Below, piece after piece: positions 12,280 to 23,989 of a stretch of 64,000 nt of DNA. This stretch comes from Sphyrna mokarran (Eukaryota): assembly GCA_024679065.1 (NCBI GenBank), contig JAGIQG010000016.1, positions 13,702,001 to 13,766,000 on the forward strand. Direction: 5' to 3'. The number at the start of each line of letters is the position of its first letter. Within the stretch, counting starts at the first letter, position 1. The position numbers were made by a program, and so were the translations under genes. The notes beneath the pieces are model-generated. The model was not told where the DNA came from. It searched no databases and saw only the letters and a program-made list of their open reading frames with translations.

Positions 12280-13941
12280 TTCCTGGTCCAGTGGGTCTTC
12301 TCATCATCTTCCATGGCTGTCCTCCCTAATCCTCCGTGTCTGATTTTCATCTGAGATCTCAGATCCTAGACTGGTACAAGTCACTGTACATAACTTACGC
12401 TCAAGCCAACTAATTGTGTTCAGGAATGTGGCTAAAATATAGCATCTATCTTGTGTCTGTGTCGTTTTACTATCCTGAGCCTCTGTTAACATGGTGGCGC
12501 TTTCATGCATGTCTCTTAAGATCGTATAACAGTAAATTCATACATATTTATTATATTCTATTTATCTCTACCAACATAAATTGCTAAATACGAATCATCG
12601 AATATAAATTGTTATACAGACTCCTAAAGGAAAAAAAAATATTGTCCCCTTTAACGTATTCTTTAAATGTCTCCTCAATATTTTGAATGCAACACAAACA
12701 AAAAAGAAATCGCACCATGCATCGCATCATAGAATTCCTAAATGCAAAGTCCTTCCATTGTTTCTCTATGCGTTCCATTCTCCATTGTCTATAGTGCTTT
12801 CCGTGTAATTTAATTTAGCTAAATATGTTTGAAGATTCAAAAAAAGACAAAAAATGCAAAACTCACGAGGAAAACATATCTATTCGACGACATAAAGATA
12901 TATTTATTTGAAAGAAAAACACTACAAGTTGGTCCGCTGAGATCACCAAGAGTAGCTTCAGAGTGGTGCGACAGAACTTTCCAATGAATCTAATGCATAC
13001 AATCAAATGCAGATTATTTTTCGATTTTCTTAACGATCATTCTCGCATTATATTAATTTTCGATCAATTGTATTCAATGCACGTATAGCAATAAACATCC
13101 TTGTCATATTTTGTAATTCAACATAACATACCTCATGTGGAAATTCAGTCTTGACAATAACTCTCAACTTGGCTGAACTCACTTTAGTTTGCTAAGTAAC
13201 TATAGGGGCTCATCATCGAAGTCAAAGCGACCATCTCACCAGCAGACTGCCAAGTTGAATAGACATATGATCCTGCGCTCACTTACGTATATTTTTTATG
13301 TCTGGGTAATAAGTATTCCCATTCATAAAGTTGCAAAACACACTCTCTCCTCAGAAACTTCCTGATGTCAATTCTGCTAACTATGAGGGCTCCCAGACCT
13401 GGATACTGAAATCTTTACATTGACCATCATTCCTTAAGGCAATCTGTCTCTTTTGCTGAAGTGAACACGTATTCAAAACATTCTTAAATACATTTTAATA
13501 TCAGTAATAGTTAAAATCGCAATTACCTGTTTGATCCTCTTACTAATAATGTACATGTGTAAATTATTGGTCTCATTAATTTATTAACTTAATTTCAAGA
13601 AGCAGTTAAGCCTATTCTGGTAGCAGTGTCAGCGCCTTATGTATTTTGTTTAAAACCTTATTTAATATCCTGGCCCGTCAGCGTCTTACGTTTTGTTTTC
13701 TTACATAGTTCTCTTCAGAAGTCTACCAAATAGTTTCAACCGCATTTGAACGTTCCTCCAATATGTTTTAGTTAGTAACTGCCATAAATGTTCTCTCCTT
13801 CCCACAACATCTAAACACCTAATGTTAGAAATAAGATGTTCTGAATGAAGTCATGCTTAATATAATACTAGATTATTTAATACTATGTAATGTTACGAGC
13901 ATGCTGATTTGATTTTTCCCTTCTTCTTGTTTCTTCAACAG

Positions 13942-14462
13942 TCAGGCTCACCCTAGATCCGGAGACATCTGACCCACGCTTTATTCTATCAAAGGAAGGA
14001 AAGATCAGCATTTTGAATGCCAGACGTCTGCCGAGAGGCGAGAAGAAGTTGAAGCATTCAAACAGCTGGACCGTCTGGGGCAAAGATGGACTAACAAATG
14101 GAAAGTATTATTGGCAAGTGTCAACAAGTGCAGGGACGGTGTGGAGAGTGGGAGTGTCTCAGACACGTCTGGCAGTAACCAGATGGCGGAGACCTTCACC
14201 AAAGGACGGTTTTTGGACACTGTTAATATGGAATGTTAAGAATGATACAAAACATTTCAGGTCATTTGGTCACAACATGCTTCTGGCTCAACAAAGAATG
14301 CTCGGTGTTTACTTGGACTATAATGGAGGGCAAGTCAGTTTCTATAACCCCAACCTGGGAACCCATATCCACACTTTCAATGTGAAATTCAGCGGACCTG
14401 TTTATCCTGTCTTCACACTCTGGGTCAGCAGTAGAGGTAATGGCTCTCTAGACTTAGAGTAG
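13942..14462 (+). CDS. Terminal exon encoding a B30.2 (PRY/SPRY) domain of a TRIM/butyrophilin-like protein
   Basis: Strong acceptor TTCTTCTTGTTTCTTCAACAG, phase 1. Open frame (V)RLTLDPETSDPRFILSKEGK...GKYYWQV...WRVGV...GFWTL...LGVYLDYNGGQVSFYN...HIHTFNVKFSGPVYPVF to TAG; LDP, YW.V and LDY..G motifs all present. Confidence 0.93.
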
Positions 14463-14690
14463 ATTGAAGCAAGTCAGTTCACAGCACAAAATCGCATCCA
14501 ACATCTTTATTCTGGGAACAAGCTAATGCAAACAACATGAAGAAAATTTAATTTATGGATTAGTGGTCATCAACACTACCACGCACTGGGAATTAGAATA
14601 CAGGCTTAACATCTGTGTAGATGTAACTACAATTTCGTCTCCGCCCGCAGAAAAGGACAGCTCCCCACATAAATGCCAGCACATTTGTCA

Positions 14691-14696
14691 AATAAA
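14691..14696 (+). promoter_or_regulatory. Candidate polyadenylation signal of the B30.2 gene
   Basis: First AATAAA noticed, ~230 nt after the stop codon. Confidence 0.4.
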
Positions 14697-16465
14697 CTTC
14701 TCCATACCTGTATAAATAATGTGAATATGCAACCTATTTTTGTCGCTGCAGAAGGCAATTTCCAAGCTCATCCCAACAAATCTTCATTTTTAACCTTTAA
14801 AGGACGACCTGTTGTTTTAAGTTGTTCCCTGCCAGCCTTCCATTCAGAAGCGAATGGCATTATTCTTTCTGACTCTTTTATACCAATCAGCTCGAGAACC
14901 TGGTACGATGCAATAAGGTGAACATTTATTCTTCCAATTTCATGGTGGCAAAGTTGCCAAACTGCATAATCCTTGTCGGCAAGTCCATTACAATCAGCGC
15001 AGCCAAACTCGGACAATCTTATTCAGTGAAACGGTAGCTCCGTTTACGTAATGTGACCACGTCTTGGCATACCACTTTATGTGTATGATTTCCAGTGTCA
15101 TTTTCAGTTGTAGCACCTTTCAAATCACAGAGCCCCTTGCAATCACGGTAATATTCCTGCACATTTGGAAGGGATTTCGGTTTATCAATCTACTTCGATT
15201 CTCCAGGCGAGCAGCAAGGTTTTGTACTAATATCTGTTCTTTCGATGTTTCTCGACACATTCGAATCATCGTATAATGCACGCTCAAAGAATCTACTCGA
15301 ACGTCGTCTTGACAAGATATATGTGCAGCGTATTTCTGAATCGAGTTCCTCGTTATCTAACTAGTTTTTTTTTTCTCATATAACATTTGTATTCTTTGAA
15401 AACCAATGAGTGCCTGTGGAACTTGAGTTCTGAAAACTTTTCTTATTAGCGAGGGCAACATCATCACCTATATACTATAACTGTAAAATTTCACGCATAT
15501 CACATATCTTTTTCCGAGGAGAAAATCCGCAAAGAGTACTTCACTCCAATATCGTCGCATCCTTCCTCTAACGTGCCTCCCAGAGTTGGTTCATTATTCC
15601 AGCTGAGTAGCAACAGCTGTTCACTATAAGATTTGTATGAATGATTTGTGCTCTCACTCCATGCCCCTTTCAGTAAGGATCTAATATGTATGCTTGGCTT
15701 GCAGTTTTCTTCACCTGTTTTGACATCTTGAGTGATGTCAACACGTTGGGGACAAAAGTTCATTTTTTCCTTCGTGCTATCTCGAGGTTCCTGCCATTAA
15801 CATTCTTGAAGGAGGGGGATGGGAGTCGGGAGGAGGTTCGAGAGAGGATTCGTTTGCATGCAAACTAAAATCCCTTTGCACAGTAGCATGAATTGCTTGA
15901 CCAATTAGCACGACCGCATCCCTTCAAATATTACGGACACTGTTGTTTTGGTAGTACAGTACATTTCAAAGTTTGCACGGCGAATGAGATTGGAAGTGAA
16001 TAAAAGATTTCTTCAATTTCTTAGAAATCAAACAAGTAATACTGAGCTCTTAGCACTGATCATTTGACGGTCCCGTAGTTGCAACTTGACCATCATGCAA
16101 TGATTAATAGTTCTAACACGGTGAATCAAAAAGCTACATTTCATCTGAATTCATGTTTGCAGTCGAATTAAACATCGTATGTTTTGGAGCATTATGTCGA
16201 ATTCAATTTCAATGTATGTCTAAATTCACTGATAATAAAAATAAATATACAGATAAGGCAGCTTAATGTGTTTAATTTTTCGTTGCGTATATTAAATTTG
16301 ACGACAACATGACGTACCGATGTATTCAAATTTGAATCGTGTGAAGATCTAAAAAGGCTTAATATTATAACGTCTGACTTCATTATAGAGTTTCTGAACA
16401 CAGAAAATTATCCATTATAATAATTGTGTGAGCACAATGCCAAGCTTAGAGTTTCATCATGTGTT

Positions 16466-16890
16466 GTGTGTTCTCCAAAGCGGCCTTCACGACATACTAC
16501 AATGCAGAATCGCTGAGCAAAAACTGATAGCCAAGTTCCACACACATGAGGATAGCCTCAACTTGGATTTTGGGTTCATGTCACGTTATCGGTAACCCTT
16601 GCCTGGGCCTACAAAATCTCGCTAACTGTCCTGACTTGAGACAACATACATATTTTTTATTGTGCTTAACCCTTTCTCCACTCATGTTGCCTGTACCTTT
16701 AACACTGAATTACCTCGCATTCCAACCGTTATTTTGTAAACTGATTTTTTTTTAATCTTTCTATGTCCTCTTTATGAACAGAACTCCCACTAAACCGATG
16801 AAGGAGCAGTGCTCTGAAAACGTGTGACTTGTGCTATCAAATAAACCTGCTAAACTGTAACCTGATGTTGTGAGACATCTACTATCCATT
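16466..16890 (+). mobile_element. Penelope-like element 3' end (GIY-YIG C-terminus plus pLTR region)
   Basis: Translates VLQSGLHDILQCRIAEQKLIAKFHTHEDSLNLDFGFMSRYR*, matching the E..LI..F.T...GLN.D end of PLE endonucleases; followed by a hammerhead-like motif and AATAAACCTG. Confidence 0.8.
16795..16819 (+). ncRNA. Degenerate minimal hammerhead ribozyme core
   Basis: CCGATGA-A-GGAGC-AGT-GCTCT-GAAA = CUGANGA box (one substitution) + stem II + GAAA box, at the position expected in Penelope-like elements. Confidence 0.6.
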
Positions 16891-18289
16891 ATAACCCCAA
16901 GGCTATCATTGACACCGCAGTTCTTTCGCAATTCCTATTTTACAAGATTAGTTATACTCTCAATTTCTTTCAACTTTTTTGTTCAAATAAGCTGAAAAAT
17001 GACCGACATGGAAGCCTATTTCACCTATTCTGACCCTTTGTTGTCATATCTACTTAATATCTATATCGTGGCTTGTCCTGTTTTCATTTTTTCTTGAATC
17101 TCTTTAGAAGGAACATTACTTCTGTTATTTGTTTAAGCAGTCACGTTCAGGAAGTCTGAAAGCAATTGTTAGCATTCAGGAACTTCTTAGAAACTGCAAC
17201 GAGAACCACCACAGCTGGGAAATAAATCGCTCCTGCAGGAGTCCCCAGCACTTAAACCGTATCAAATCTCTCCATAATGTAACTAAAGTATTAGAAGGTG
17301 AAATGCATTAACGTCACATCATAGAATAATGGGAAGATCAGTTCCAGAAGAAATTACTGCCTTATTTTACAGTGCAATATCTGTCTGTGTTTTCGTTATT
17401 CTGATCAATTTCTGTGCAACTATTTATATTCATTTCCTTTTTGGGGGCGGGGGAGTGCAATGAATTACAGATCATTCATAAACTCTGCATGATCAAAATT
17501 ATACATATGATTTTTTTTTTATTCCTGGGATGTTTTAAAATCTAAACTGGAATGGAAGAGTAATGTCCCTTTTTGAAAACGTGACTAATTTGAAAATGGT
17601 ATTTAAATCCTTCATCAACAATTAAGTGTTCTCATGGCAAGAGGTGAGGAGAACGGTTTGTGTTTTTTTTTGCATGAATCCTGCCGCTTGAAATATTCCT
17701 GATATTCAATCACAACACATATTGATTTAAAGAGAAACGTATTAACATGCTTATTCATATTTATTGATGAGCAAGTATAAGGAACATTCAGCACTCATGG
17801 AGGCATATTATATCATATCTTCATTTTCCGATTAAGTACATTATAAGAAAATCGATTTCAAATGATATCATGAGGTGCAATCCATAACTAAAAGCAAAGG
17901 AATGCATGATTTTCTGAACACATACTGACTTTTTGTTACAAATTCTTGAAGTTGAAGTAGGTTATCTGAGCTTTGAACTTTCTTCTGAAACTTTACACAA
18001 TCGATTTCTCTCTAACCAATTTCCTTAATTATCTACTGTTTGTATGGCACAAAATACATGTCTCATCTATTTGTCTATAAGATAATACTCGGAAAGGAGA
18101 AGTGATTGATTTCATTTTAACACTTTCAAATTACTTATACACACAATTAGAATTCCATTGCTAATTGGAGGAGAATTGTTCACCCTTTCCAGCGTTTGAG
18201 CGACAGAAGTGTTCATTTCATTTCACAGATGACCAAAACATATTAGTTCCGTTACGATTTTTGCTTTGAGAATATCTGTGATATTCCAT

Positions 18290-18648
18290 TGTAAAAGATA
18301 CTAGAACTAGCGGTACTTCACTGAAATAATCTTGCACAATTCTCCGTTTCTTTTTGCGCATTTTGATGTCAGCCTTTGAATTGATCACTCCATTACTATT
18401 CAAGTAAACAGACAAGAAACAGAGTTGTCTTATACAGATGTTTTAACGCAAATCGAAGCACGTATACAAGGAAGCTATAGTTCACAAACATGCAGATAGC
18501 CAGGTTGATGTATTCCAAGATAAAACTCAAAGATTTCAAATTGACTACAGACAATGAGTGTAAACCAATCACAATCGCTTCAGACTTGCATCAATATAAT
18601 ATCTAATCAACATGAAAACTTCACTGAAGTTTCTGTATCTGTGGATCA
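18290..18648 (-). repeat. Putative 3' LTR of ERV
   Basis: Minus strand: PPT-like GGAAAATGGGAG, then TGATCC...GATTGG...TGTATAAG...TTTTACA (TG...CA); lies directly downstream of the env remnant. Confidence 0.5.
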
Positions 18649-18759
18649 CTCCCATTTTCCAGTTACTCATGGCTGATTCATGTTCATAGTCAGAGTAAGG
18701 ACCTCGTTGTTTGCTTCTGTAAGCTCTTAGAAGCCGAAATTTAGGCTCCATGAACAGAC

Positions 18760-19843
18760 AATTCCCATCAACGGTGACTTTCTGATCGAATCAATCTGTT
18801 GGTGGGTAGGTTTACCGGTTTGCTTAATTTGTTGGTCTCTTCTATGAAGTGCCTAACGTATTTTTGGCCAAGTTCCACCGCCTCTTGTATGTCCTGCCAG
18901 ACCATATTCCCCAGTGCCTGATCACTGTGCATCGAGTCACCGCACTACCCACCAAATGCATATTCCGGCGATTTTCTCGTAAGTGGAACGTTCCATAGTC
19001 AATGCGTCTATTGCCAGCAGGGGTAAAAAAAAAACTGTGATTCCTTTTACAAAATCAACCATCCGATATGATCTCTGTTTCCAAGATTATCATATATCAC
19101 TCCGTGCCCCCCTTCCCACCCCCCACTCCCGTCCACCCCCAGCATTGATTTATATAAATTTTACAATGCTAAGTTATCAACGTTCCCGAGAGGCTCCAAA
19201 ATCCGGCAAGCACACACGAAGTCATATTTTGATTCTGAACAGCATTCTGTCGATCTCATATATGCCAGGTCCTCCTAATAGTTAAGATATACTTGCGAAT
19301 TCAGCTCGGAGAATCCAGCCCCCTTCTGCTAACCATATGGCTTGATCCGAAGCTTACCATAAATATCTTGTCAGAGGTTATGGGTACTAGCAACTTCCGG
19401 CACACTTCGCCTTTTTTCACATAAACAGCGCTGGACGCAACACATACAATCAAGGCCTTTCGTTAACTTTGCACGAGGGGAACCCCACTCCAAACCATCA
19501 AAACGACTGGAGTTGTTCTGACTTTTCCCACCAAAATGTCACAAGGGTATAATTCATCCTAACACAACCATGCTGGGACATTAATGGCCAGAGGGGTAAA
19601 CCTTTGTCTCCAGGTGGTGCTCGTTGGATGAGGATCACCATAGTTCCTACAGATCATTCAAAGTTTAAGGGAAGGGCAAAACTTGTATTTTGATTAGATG
19701 GGGGAGGATAGGAGGTGGGTACAGATCCAGCATCGGGTCTGGTTGCTCTGTGAAGTGATATCCTGCATTCTTGGAATCATGGAATTACGAATCTCTGTAT
19801 CTACTAATGTCAGTATGCTAATGACAACGAAATAAATCCGCAT
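18760..19843 (-). pseudogene. env: ERV env remnant (class I, gamma/epsilon-type)
   Basis: Signal-peptide-like MRIYFVVISILTLVDT, then NQTRCWICTHL (CxxC motif); degenerate ISD-like NRRIDY and GIC..VG near 18940-19015; many frameshifts. Confidence 0.7.
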
Positions 19844-19884
19844 TTCAAACAGTACCAACTCCTGGTTTAAGTTTTTTTTTGGAG

Positions 19885-20780
19885 GGGGGAGGGTTGCATG
19901 CACCCACAAAGATTTCCTTTCCAAGTTCACGGCTGTGTGAGTTGTAAGCAGGGCACTTTACGACCCTCCCTCAAAGTTTCCAGGCAATGCTTTATTCAGA
20001 AGTTATTAACTAAGATTAGATTTCCTGGTCGGTTAGTATGAGAGCTCTTACTAGTGACTACTTTTTAAGTTTCATCAACGTAGCAGTGCAAACTTTTAAG
20101 AAAGTTCGGTAGAGCGATGCACTAATGCATCATCGCTTCATCCAGGGAGTAGATATCATCGATGTAATAGTAAGGGCTGGGAAAACAGCAGCATTTGATT
20201 TTCCATTACAATTTGTAAGGTGTCAAAGAGGTGATACGATAGGGGTGCGAGCGCATGACCATGAGGGCCAGGAATTAGTTTCCAGACTGTTTCAAGCATG
20301 TTTCCTCAAACAATCTGGCCAGTTTATTCTTTAGTATCCCGTTGCGCCTTTCAGCTGCAAGCATAGACTTGGGATAGCAGGGGCAAGAAACGCGGCATCT
20401 GCATTGTAATGTTTTCAATAATTCCTGCATCACTTTCCCCATAAAGAGGGTTGGGGAGATAGTGTTTTGGGAGTCCCGAAAGCAAGAATATATTCATCGA
20501 ACTGTAATTTAGCTGAAGTAACAACATCACTCCTTTTAACTGGGTATGTTTCGAACGATGCTGAAAATAATTATAATAACAAGCAACCTGCTATACTCCA
20601 CACGTTCGGGCATTTGTATAAAGTCAAGTTGTAGCTGCACAAAAAAAAGTACGGCCGTGGGCCTGCTGTTACATTCACTCAGTAAGAATTTAGCAACACC
20701 AATTTTAAATCCAACCGATTTATTTGATAGTGAATCGACACTCTGTCTTTGTCAGGCAAATGCAGTTTTCAACGCCGGCA
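19885..20780 (-). pseudogene. pol: ERV pol integrase remnant
   Basis: Minus-strand pieces QLQLDFIQMP, FETYPVKRSDVVTSAKL..EYILAFGTP, ERRNGILKNKLARLFEET, LALMVMRSHP...LTPY, LLTTHTAVNLERKSLWVHAT, in the order of class I retroviral integrase. Confidence 0.85.
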
Positions 20781-20929
20781 TCTCCACATCATGGATACAT
20801 TCACTGGCCGTGCCCTTCCTGCGTTATGGCTTTGGCAAAGTAGGCATTGAACAGCAACATTTCATGCCATGGTGGAAAATCCTGATGAAAACTACTATTG
20901 TTTCATTATCTTGATTAGTTTTACGTTCA

Positions 20930-21008
20930 GACAATATGGTCGGAGCATGCTTGGAGGTTGAAGGGCCTGTTCCTGTTTTGGAAATGTATTTATTCTTTGT
21001 TCTTTATT
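20930..21008 (+). mobile_element. CR1 3' tail fragment
   Basis: TGGTCGGAGCATGCTTGGAGGTTGAAGGGCCTGTTCCTG...TTCTTTGTTCTTT. Confidence 0.7.
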
Positions 21009-22830
21009 GCTCGCATGCGAACTCATGTAACACGCGGAGAACCCGAAGCAGAAGTGTACTCCTGTGACTTTGGATGGGTACAACCTGGGAGAATCTATTT
21101 CACGTGTGTACATAAAAGCTTAATGTTGTAGTCCAGTAGCACTAATGCATGTGCAGAGGCTACAGTGGCCTCCGAATCCGAGTCCCAGAGGACGTTGTCA
21201 GTGGCTCAGTGGAAGGTGAGGCCCAGGAGGAGACGGTTGTTTCCACCGTAGTTGGGATTCCTCACCTATACATATATATATATATTTGCTTGAATCTGTG
21301 TAGCAACAGGAAGCCAGAATTTCTAACGCAGCCGAATAAACATTATGGTAGCTATGGTTGCTTCCAAGTAACCCACATCACAGAGCTTTTGTTGTGGATC
21401 GTGGATGATCTCAAGCAGATGGGCAATAATGCTGACTACGCTAATTGCAGTATTTTTAAGCTCTTAAAAAATATGTAATTCAATCTGCTTCCGATGTGAC
21501 ATAATTTCTGATTATCTATGTTTTAAATAGCAACAAGACTGTGGAAAAGTTCCTGAATTAAACCTCAAGATTCAATGAAATTAATCCATTGCAATATTGT
21601 AAAAATCAAGGTTGCAACACTCTGCTGATGTTCTGAGAGGGGTATAAAATGAGCAGCAAATCCAAAATCGTTCATTATAAACAAATGACAACAGACAGGT
21701 CGTTCTCAACCTTTCATAATTCTACATTTTAAGCCAACCAGATAGCTCCAGCTATTTTGTATCCAATGAAGTGCTTCTCTTGTCATGATGTAGCAACTTT
21801 TTTACGTTTGAAATATGTAAAGGTATAAATGTAAAGTTTTACTGAAAGTTCATACTTTAGATGATCAGTTGATTGGATCATAGCGGTGTCAAACTGTAGT
21901 ACTGAACGTGTTTAACTTCCATATCAACCACTGCTAAGAAGCACTAGTTTTCGATTATCACAGTGGAACGTTTTTTCTCGTTTCCACAGTGGAACGTATT
22001 TGCAATAATGTTGGGGTTACATTTAAACTTCCTATCATTATTTCCATTGCAGAATATACATATCTTCACAGATATTAAATTACATGCTAATGTTATTAGC
22101 AATGAGTATTGAGGGTCCCAGCAAGGTTTGACGCAATGTTAAGGATTATATAAACGTCAGTTGATCAAATTTTAAAAACAATCTTAAAATGTTATGCAAG
22201 TGAACATTGAAATCGATGAAACGTATCACAAACACCCACACCGAAATGGCTGCAGATTTTTTTTAATACTTGTAATCGTTAATGCATTGCCGTTTATGTA
22301 ACACCACTTACGAACATCTGTTCCCACATGAGATGTTTACACATGAAGCACATATGAAAAATAACGTTACATACGTAAAATGCAAGAATAAAAGTAAGTA
22401 GCAAAGTAAATTACCAACTGTATTAATTTACAATTTCGTTAACCCGAAGAGAAATTGCTGCGAAAAGAAAGACAGACGTCGCTGGTAAGGACGCTGGAAA
22501 ATAGAATTTAACATCCAAAACAATATTGATATCGATAACGCTATCATCGATACAGGTTGACAAAAGTAAATATCTTGTGTTCGTTCGACAGTTAAACATT
22601 GCAGATGCAATTTATTATTCAAATATTTGTAAGATGCTCAATAAATACTCATACGCATGACCTCAGAGAATCTGCCATGACTCTGTTGCAAACAAAACTA
22701 ACACTAAAAGCTAAATTGAAATGACACAGCAAAACTGAAGCTTCACGAGGTCAAGAAAAACAAAACAGTTCCCAAGGTCAAGAAAGGCAAAACAAAAAAA
22801 CAAGAAATCATATTATGGTGATAGGAGCAG

Positions 22831-22910
22831 GAGAAATAAGGATATCCCTTTGGGAGGAGGCCCTAATGAATTTCTCATGGTCAAAGAGGAGACGTGTTCT
22901 ATCCTGCCAA
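22831..22910 (+). repeat. 80-bp direct repeat, copy 1
   Basis: 72/80 identical, ungapped, to 23801-23880. Confidence 0.9.
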
Positions 22911-23190
22911 TGTGGCGCGGTTGTTCACACTGCTGCCTCACAGTGCAAGGGTCCTGTTTTCAATTACGTTCTCTCCATGCGTCTGCACGAGTCTCCTCCG
23001 GGTGCTGCAATTCCTTCTCACAATCGAACGATGTGTGCTGTACGTGGATCAGCGAGCTGAATTGTCCATTTAATGTCAGGGGTAGCAGCAGGGTAAATAT
23101 GTCGGGGGGACACAGCATGAATGGGAATGTGGTCCGTGCTGGACGTGGCTTGAACAGCCTCGCTAGAGCCTTATAGGAATTCTATGAATA
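22911..23190 (+). mobile_element. Degenerate HE1-like SINE
   Basis: GTGGCGCGGTTGTTCACACTGCTGCCTCACAGTGCAAGGG head and AATTCTATG tail. Confidence 0.7.
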
Positions 23191-23800
23191 CCATTGTACA
23201 GTGTAATTATGTTAGTAAATTCTATTTTAAGCCCCAGTCACATGCATTGATATCTATGGCTAAATGAATCCTATAGGGAGTCGTTGGGTGTGCAGGTGAT
23301 GGCAGAGAGTGGCAGAGAGACGGCCGGACATCTCTGAATACACTCCCGAACTAGTGTCCCTGGAGACCGCAGGCGAATCACTGCGTCATTGTCTATGCCA
23401 GCTGATTGTCCTACATCCAGCTCGCGTCCTCCATCTCCGCCCCGGCTGGCCAACAATACATACATTATCTGTAATCTAACTTCTTGAGTTTGGCTTCTGG
23501 TATTGAAACTGATGTTCCCAATGCCGGAGAGCTTTAACAAGCTTGGGTAGATTCCGTCCACCCTCCCGCCCAACCCAAGACATTCGATACATTTCTTCAG
23601 ATCAGGATGCAAACTCTGCACAAGGATACATAAAAGCGCTACCATTCCATCGTTTTCAAAAACGCCCCAAAAATTCATGAACACCGACAAACACTTCACC
23701 ACAAAATGAATCCTTAGCAGATTCCTATTCCCTGCTATGCATCCAATGCAAATGTACATTTGGAGTTCAGACTATAAGAAAACCCTTACATAAGAACTAA

Positions 23801-23880
23801 GAGAAATAAGGGTATTCCCTTGAGAGGAGGCCCTAACGAATTTCCCATGGTCAAAGAGGAGAGGTGTTCTATCCTGCCAG
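23801..23880 (+). repeat. 80-bp direct repeat, copy 2
   Basis: 72/80 identical to 22831-22910. Confidence 0.9.
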
Positions 23881-23989
23881 CCGGCATGGGATACGGTTGC
23901 ACACAGACGTAGAAAAACCTGACAAACATCGAACAATTTTTTAGACTAATTTAAAAAAAGGCTAATAAATGGTTCAGGTACGTTGCTAT

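Noticed and set aside
21641-21652. TATA-like GGTATAAAATG
   Set aside because: Isolated motif in AT-rich DNA, no downstream exon or LTR partner recognised
21959-21997. Two CACAGTG heptamers suggesting V(D)J recombination signals
   Set aside because: No ACAAAAACC-like nonamer at 12 or 23 bp and no V/J segment; it is a 13-bp direct repeat
23271-23759. 162-aa minus-strand ORF
   Set aside because: No recognisable domain or splice structure; likely chance
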